From the NCBI RefSeq assembly GCF_009914755.1, contig NC_060944.1: a stretch of DNA of 64,000 nucleotides, one strand, 5' to 3'. The position numbers and the translations under genes are program-made. Positions 57,180 through 64,000 of this stretch are shown in pieces; the stretch's first letter is position 1, and every line of letters begins with the position of its first letter. The notes beneath the pieces are model-generated. The model saw only the letters and a program-made list of their open reading frames with translations. It did not search any database and was not told where the DNA came from. Origin of the DNA: the human T2T-CHM13v2.0 reference genome, Homo sapiens.

Positions 57180-57481
<302 letters not shown>

Positions 57482-58492
57482 TGAGCCACCATGCCCGGCC
57501 TTGGGTTTGGCTTCTTTCACTTAGCAAAATGAGTCTAAGATTAATCCATGTTGTCGTGTGTATCAGTAGCTCATTCCTTTTGGTAATTATGAATAGAACT
57601 ACAAGGCTGGGCATGGTGGCTCACACCTGTAATCCCAGCACTTTGGGAGGCTGAGATGGGAGGGTTGCTTGAGCGAAGGTGTTTGAGACCAGCCTGGGCA
57701 ACATAGCAAGACCTTATCTCTACAATAGAAGTTAAAAACTAGCCAGGCATGGTGTCACATACTTGAGGTGCCAGCTACTCTACTCAGGAGGTTGAAGCGG
57801 AGGATGGCTTGAGCCCAGGAGGTCGAGGCTGCATTGAGCTGTGATCGTACCATTGCACACCAGCCTGGGTGACAGAGTAAGACCTCGTCACTAAAAAATA
57901 GAAAAAAAAAATGAGTAGAGTTCCTAGAAACATTTCCATACAGGTTTTTGTTTGTTCGAACATAAGTTTTCTATTCACTTTGGTAAATACCTATGAGTGG
58001 GTCATTGGCATCTCTGGGTTATAGGGGAAGTATCTGTTTAACTGGAGGAGACAGTGCCAAATGGTTTTCCAAAGTGGCTACACCATTTTGCATTCCCCAC
58101 CAGCAACCAGTGAGTTTCTGTCCTCTGCATCCTTGTCAGCATTTGATGGTGTCACTTTATTTAATTTGATTTATTTTACAGTAGAGTCTATTTTCTTTTT
58201 GAGGGCAGTCTTGTTTTGGTGAGAATATTAGGTATTAACATTCAGCTAGCTAACAGAAGTTAGCTGAGGGTTTTTACTGTAAGCCAAAGTAGACATCATC
58301 CTTACCACTTCAATCAAAATGCTGTTGACAGAAGAAAGTTCATTTTGAAAATTACTCTAATCTAAGGGTCTTTCATTTCTAGAGAAGATGGTAGAAGAGG
58401 AAATTGAGAAATAAAGGGAAATATGATGTTCTTGCTATGGATTTTTTCCTTCTACACTGGAATTTTCTGACTTAGAATAAAATTCCCCTTTA

Positions 58493-58816
<324 letters not shown>

Positions 58817-59229
58817 CTATGATTGCCTGTGGTCAAGGCTTTTGAGGGCCCAGAACCCTCATTTGGTTCTGGCATCTGAAGAGGGTTTATATTGCACCCC
58901 AGTGGGTGAAAGACCAGGCCCCCAAGGGCCCACTGTACAGAACACCCAGAGGTGGTCCAGGGCCTCTGTGCTGTTATCTTGGCCAGGAATTGTTGGAGCC
59001 TGAATCACGTGCACACACGGGAGCTTTAACAGCACCGGGAACCTACTGAAAGGTCCAATGATGTGGCTGCATCCTTTGAGCCTGTGAGCTCCATGAGAGC
59101 AGGCTCCTTGTTTCCCTGCTGTAGACTCAGAGCCTAGGACACCCTGCAACACTCAATACTGCTCAAATGTTTGACTGAATGGTACAACTGAACCAGGGCC
59201 TGCAAAGACATCACAACCATTACTTCTTG

Positions 59230-59620
59230 TTTGAGTCTGTTTGGGCTGCCAAGACAAAATACACAGACTGGGTGGCTTGAATAACAGAAATGTGTTTCTC
59301 ACAGTGCTGGAGGCTGGGAGTTCAAGATCGAGGTGTGAGCACTCAAAATCAAGGTTTCTCTGACCCTCTCTCCTTGGCTTGCGGACAGCTGACTTCTCAC
59401 CCTTTCCCCACTTGGTCCTTTCTCTGCTTTCTCTGTGCACGCCCATCCCTGGCATCCCTTCCTCTTCCTATAAGGACACCATTCCTATTGGATTGGGGCT
59501 CCACCCTTAGGACCTCATTTATCCTTATTTACCTCCTTAAAGACCCCATGTCCAGACACAGTGACATTAGGGGTTGGGGCTTCAGCACACGAGTTTTGGA
59601 GGGACACAGTTCAGTCCACT
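59230..59620. mobile_element. MLT1 (MaLR) LTR
   Basis: cagactgggtggcttgaataacagaaatgtgtttctcacagtgctggaggctggga...cttcctataaggacacc...ggattggggctccacc. Confidence 0.8.
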
Positions 59621-60167
59621 GTACCTATCCTGACCCACAGGTCCCTCCCTCTCCCTTGCCTTGCAGACCCACTTACTCTTCTGTCTCCACAGACTCCCTT
59701 TCTCTGTGACCATGGCTTTACCTCACTTGCCCTTTCAAGAGTTCACGCAACAGAAGAGGAATGTGCTGAGCGCACAGACCAGGAGCCCCGCGGTATTGCC
59801 TACAGACCCAATTGGCTTGGCCTGGTGCCCAGGCGTCCTCTGGGTCATCCCCTCGTGGGTCTGCCACAGCCCACACCACTTCTGTGCCCTCCCCCAGCCT
59901 GTGTGGCTCGCCTACAGGCTGGCCTGGACCCTGTGGACATTCGTGAATGGCACTCCCAAACCAGAGCCTGTGAGTCCTGAATTCCCCGAAGAACCTGCCT
60001 TGCACAGTTGGGCTCAGTTGGAGGCGGCTGCCCACTCACTGGAGAAGTTCAGTCTGAGAAGAGGCCAAGGATAGGTTCTCTAAGAAGGAGGCTGGGACTT
60101 TAGAGGAATTGACTGCAGGAGAGACAACAGGCACCCCTGGCCGGCATCACACAGGACATTCCAGGCC

Positions 60168-60383
60168 TCTCTGTGTCTCTCTTCGTGTCTCTCTTCATCT
60201 CTCTCTGCTTCTCTGTCTCTGACTCTGTCTGCCTCTCTGCCACTGTCTCTGTCTCATCTCTTCATGATACTCTGCCTCTGTCTGTCTCTCTGCCACTGTC
60301 TCTGTCTTTCCCCGTCTCTCTGTCTCTGCCTCTGTCTCCCTGTCTGTCTCTGCCTCTGTCTCTCTGCTGCTCTGTCTCTCTCT
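60168..60383. repeat. Degenerate (TCTCTG)n simple repeat
   Basis: Pyrimidine-rich tctctg/tgtctc iterations. Confidence 0.9.
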
Positions 60384-60449
60384 CACCCAGGCAGGTTTTA
60401 ATTCAATAAAGAAAGCATCTGTCCTTCACATAGTTCTTATTCAGTAACC

Positions 60450-61850
60450 ACTACACACACACCCCTAACACAACACTGCTACACATACCACTGTCATACA
60501 CACAATGTACACAAACACAACTGTATAACTCACATTCACCACAACCTCACTACTACACCCACTAAGCACACACATACAACCCTTCTAGACACACCCAGTG
60601 TGACATGCACACCCCCTACACACAATCCCACTCTACAGACACCCCACTCAGCACACATACCCACCACTCACACACTCCCCACTTCTTACAAATACATGTT
60701 ACTAAAAACATACTACTATACACCCCTACACACATACAACCCACTACTACATACTCCACCACTCACACATAATTCCACTAAATGCCTGCCACTACATACA
60801 CCACTCTCTACTCACGGCACTCGTTAATCACACACACCCCACTAATAAGCACCCACTGTACACACTTCACACATATACTGCATCACTCAACACACAGACT
60901 ACTCACACACACACAGTCCCACACAACCACAGTCCCACAGACGTTCATACAACTCTACTACACACGGCTGTGCTATACAAACACAGCATGATACACATAC
61001 ACCCACTCAATGCTACTAAACATGCCACCACATACACACCCCCCACTACCCACATACACACATGCACACACCTGCACTCCCCACACACACACCTGCACTC
61101 TAAACCTGCCACTCACACTCCACACACAGGGCCTCCCGATGTACATATATATGCGCCACTTCTACATACGTGCACACAACCATGTCACACACACACCTCT
61201 CCACCCTTCTAAATACACGCACACAACCATCTCACACATCTCTCCACACCTACATACACACACAACTATCTCACACACACACCTCTCCATGCACCTACAT
61301 ACACGCACACAGCCATCTCACACACACCTCTCCACACACCTATATGCACACGATCTCTCCATCTCACACACACCTCTCCACACACCTACATACATGCACA
61401 CAACCATCTCACACATACACCTCTCCACACACCTACATACACACACACAACCATCTCACACACGCTTCTCCACACACCTATACACATGATCTCACACACA
61501 CCTCTCCACACACATACACAACCATCTCACACACACCTCTCCACGAACCTACATACATGCACACAGCCATCTCACACACACCTCTCCACACACCTACATA
61601 CACACACACAACCATCTCACACAAACCTCTCCACGCACCTACATATACGCACACAACCATCTCACACACACCTCTCCACACACCTACATACACACACAAC
61701 CATCTCACACCTCTCCACACACCTACATACATGCACACAACTATCTCACACACACCTCTCCACAAACCCTCCTTTGCCTTCACTATTCACACACCTCCAC
61801 ACTGCACATCCTGTTCCACACAGACCCACAGACACATGCACACAGGCTTC
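60450..61850. repeat. CA-rich low-complexity tract with an internal ~40-46-bp tandem repeat (61190-61765)
   Basis: Recurrent unit cacacacctctccacacacctacatacacacacacaaccatct. Confidence 0.9.
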
Positions 61851-62291
61851 CCCACCTTCCTAAAATGCAGAGGACAGTGCTCTCTGACTCCAGGCCTATG
61901 TCCACAGCCCACTTTTGACAGTCCATCCTACCCATCCAAATTTCACTTCTCACCCCCCTACTCAGATCCCTCTCTGTGGAGATTGTAAACTCCTGGTTGC
62001 TTGGTACTCAGCTCCTGGCACTCAGGAGGAGCCCTCTATGCTTGTGTTGAACTGAATGAATTCTCTCCCTTCTTTGCCCCAATCAAATGTTTCATTTCCT
62101 TCAATCCTCAGCTTAGATTCATATCCCCAGTCAAGCCACTGCACAGTAGCTCCCTTATGAGACTTTGTTTCAGGAGGTGTTCATCTATATTGTACCGTAT
62201 TCCTTCTTGTTTATGTACCAGGGTATCAAAATTGGAACTTTTTCTCCTCCAAAACAAAGGGTTGATTCAGGAATGGCAAGGAATTGCCATT

Positions 62292-62619
62292 CAGGCACAC
62301 GTGCTCAGGCGGATCACAGGCCACACGTGCTCTGGCGGATCACAGGCCACACGTGCTCTGGCGGATCACAGGACACACGTGCTCTGGCGGATCTCACAGG
62401 ACACACGTGCTCTGGCGGATCTCACAGGACACACGTGCTCTGGCGGATCACAGGACACACGTGCTCTGGCGGATCTCACAGGACACACGTGCTCTGGCGG
62501 ATCACAGGACACACGTGCTCTGGCGGATCTCACAGGACACACGTGCTCTGGCGGATCACAGGACACACGTGCTCTGGCGGATCACACAGGACACACGTGC
62601 TCTGGCAGATCTCACAGGC
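62292..62619. repeat. 26/28-bp minisatellite, 12 copies, each containing CACGTG
   Basis: Unit ggacacacgtgctctggcggatc(tc)aca. Confidence 0.97.
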
Positions 62620-64000
62620 ACAGCCTCAGAATGGAAACTTTGACCTAAGCCAGTAGACATCAGGCACCAGTTAGTGTGACACTTGCTGGAGGAGTTTTGA
62701 AATCAATCAGTCAACAACTCATTTCCTGACTTTTGAAGTCCCTTACCTATTTCAAGAATATTGCAGTGGAGAAACTGCAGATGGAAGAGGAAGGGAATTA
62801 CAGGATTTCTTTGGAGAGAGAGCTACTGCAGCCTGTGGCTGCTGTTCTCTCAGGGGGTGAGAGAGGAACTCCTTCCTTCACCCAAACCCAGAGAATGGGA
62901 CGACCCAGTGGTGAAATCCAGAGACAGGCTGGCATGCCTTTTCTGCAGAAAGCATGAAAGTTCAAGGGGCCTATGGCAGGGGTGGTAGGGGGCGTGAAGG
63001 ATGTGGGTGGGATGTAACTCCATTCTCACTGATAAGGGGCAAGGACATGGGAGAGAGGCTGACCTGGGGTCCCTTCCAGAAGACAAAGGGGAGTCCAGTG
63101 GTGAGAACCAGTGGTGGAGGGGCCTGCCTGAGACCTAGGGCCAGAAGACAGCCCACTGGAGAAGCACAAGCTAAGCTGCAGCTGGAGGGGGTTTACCAGA
63201 GGTCTTTAAAGAGCCCCTGAAGCCAAGCCTAATAGCTCACGCATGTACTTCCAGCTCCTTGGGAGGCCAATACAGGAGGATCACTTGAGGCCAGGAGCTC
63301 AAGACCAGCTTGGGCAACATAGTGAGACCCCATCTCCAAAAAAAAAAAAAAAAAAAAAAGGGAAATCAAGGTGTCAGCCGGGCAAAGAAAAAAACAGAAA
63401 ACAAGAGCCCCTGAAAGTGCCCAATGGGAGGCAGGTTGGGGCTGGAGGCTATGGAGCCAACTCAAGACAAAACCAGGCTTTGGTGAGGAAGTCCCAAGCG
63501 AGAACTTACTTCCCTGCCCAGCGTCCCACCTCACCCCCAACTTGCAAAGAGGAGATGAGTGTGGAAGAAAGACGCCAACCATCCCACACCCCCACAGGGT
63601 GGCTGTGTCAGGCAGGCCTTGAGGGGGCAGGCAGGTGCAATTAGTTCTCCTTAGAGCAAAGCCCGAAGTGTGGCTGCCTCCACTGGGCTAAACCCTCCAT
63701 GGGTCTGCACCAGGATGGTGTTTGTGACATCAAGTCATCACAGGACAATTTCCTAGGACTGAGCAGAAAAGGCTGGCGTCCACATCTCCCTTCAGTCCAC
63801 TGCCAGGAGAAAACTTCCCACTCTGAGTAGATGTGAAAGGGATAGCAGGTGACCGAAAAGTTCATTTCCACTAAATTCCGTGGTTTATTTATTTATTTAG
63901 AGACAGAGTCTTGCTCTGTCGCCCAGGCTGGAGTGCAGTGGCAAGTTCTCAGCTCACTACAACCTCCGCCTCCCAGGTTCAAATGATTCTCCTGCCCCAG

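Noticed and set aside
62292-62619. CRISPR-like appearance of short regular repeats (also 7498-8490)
   Set aside because: The units are head-to-tail with no unique spacers, there are no cas genes, and the DNA is primate.
61010-62656. His/Thr-rich 272-aa ORF and repetitive TGHTCSGGSQDTRALAD ORFs
   Set aside because: Artefacts of stop-free CA-rich and 26/28-bp tandem repeats, with no splice or promoter support.

Overview
Hominid (most likely human) genomic DNA, dominated by repeats, with no recognisable protein-coding exon. The supplied ORFs are mostly Alu, SVA, L1, LTR or low-complexity read-throughs. The organising feature is a CpG-island promoter (~43.9-44.9 kb) with a minus-strand first exon ending at a CAG|GTGAGC donor (44477). 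Bases 1-44 kb are therefore probably the 5' introns and untranslated exons of a minus-strand gene or lncRNA that I cannot name, and 45-64 kb is upstream flank. Mobile DNA includes roughly 60 Alus, a full-length SVA with a 16-bp TSD, an LTR5 (HERV-K HML-2) solo LTR inside an Alu, an R-U5-only HERV-W LTR17, MER51/MER4/MER21/MLT/MST/THE1 LTRs, L1 remnants and a Tigger4-type DNA transposon. The most notable oddities are: a young ~153-bp near-perfect inverted duplication in the putative first intron; a VNTR carrying 12 tandem CACGTG E-boxes; a 50-bp VNTR bracketed by splice signals with a donor-like motif in most units; and three short retroposed RNA fragments. I see no evidence of a wholly new biological system. 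Repeat family names come from recalled consensus sequences, not from a search.
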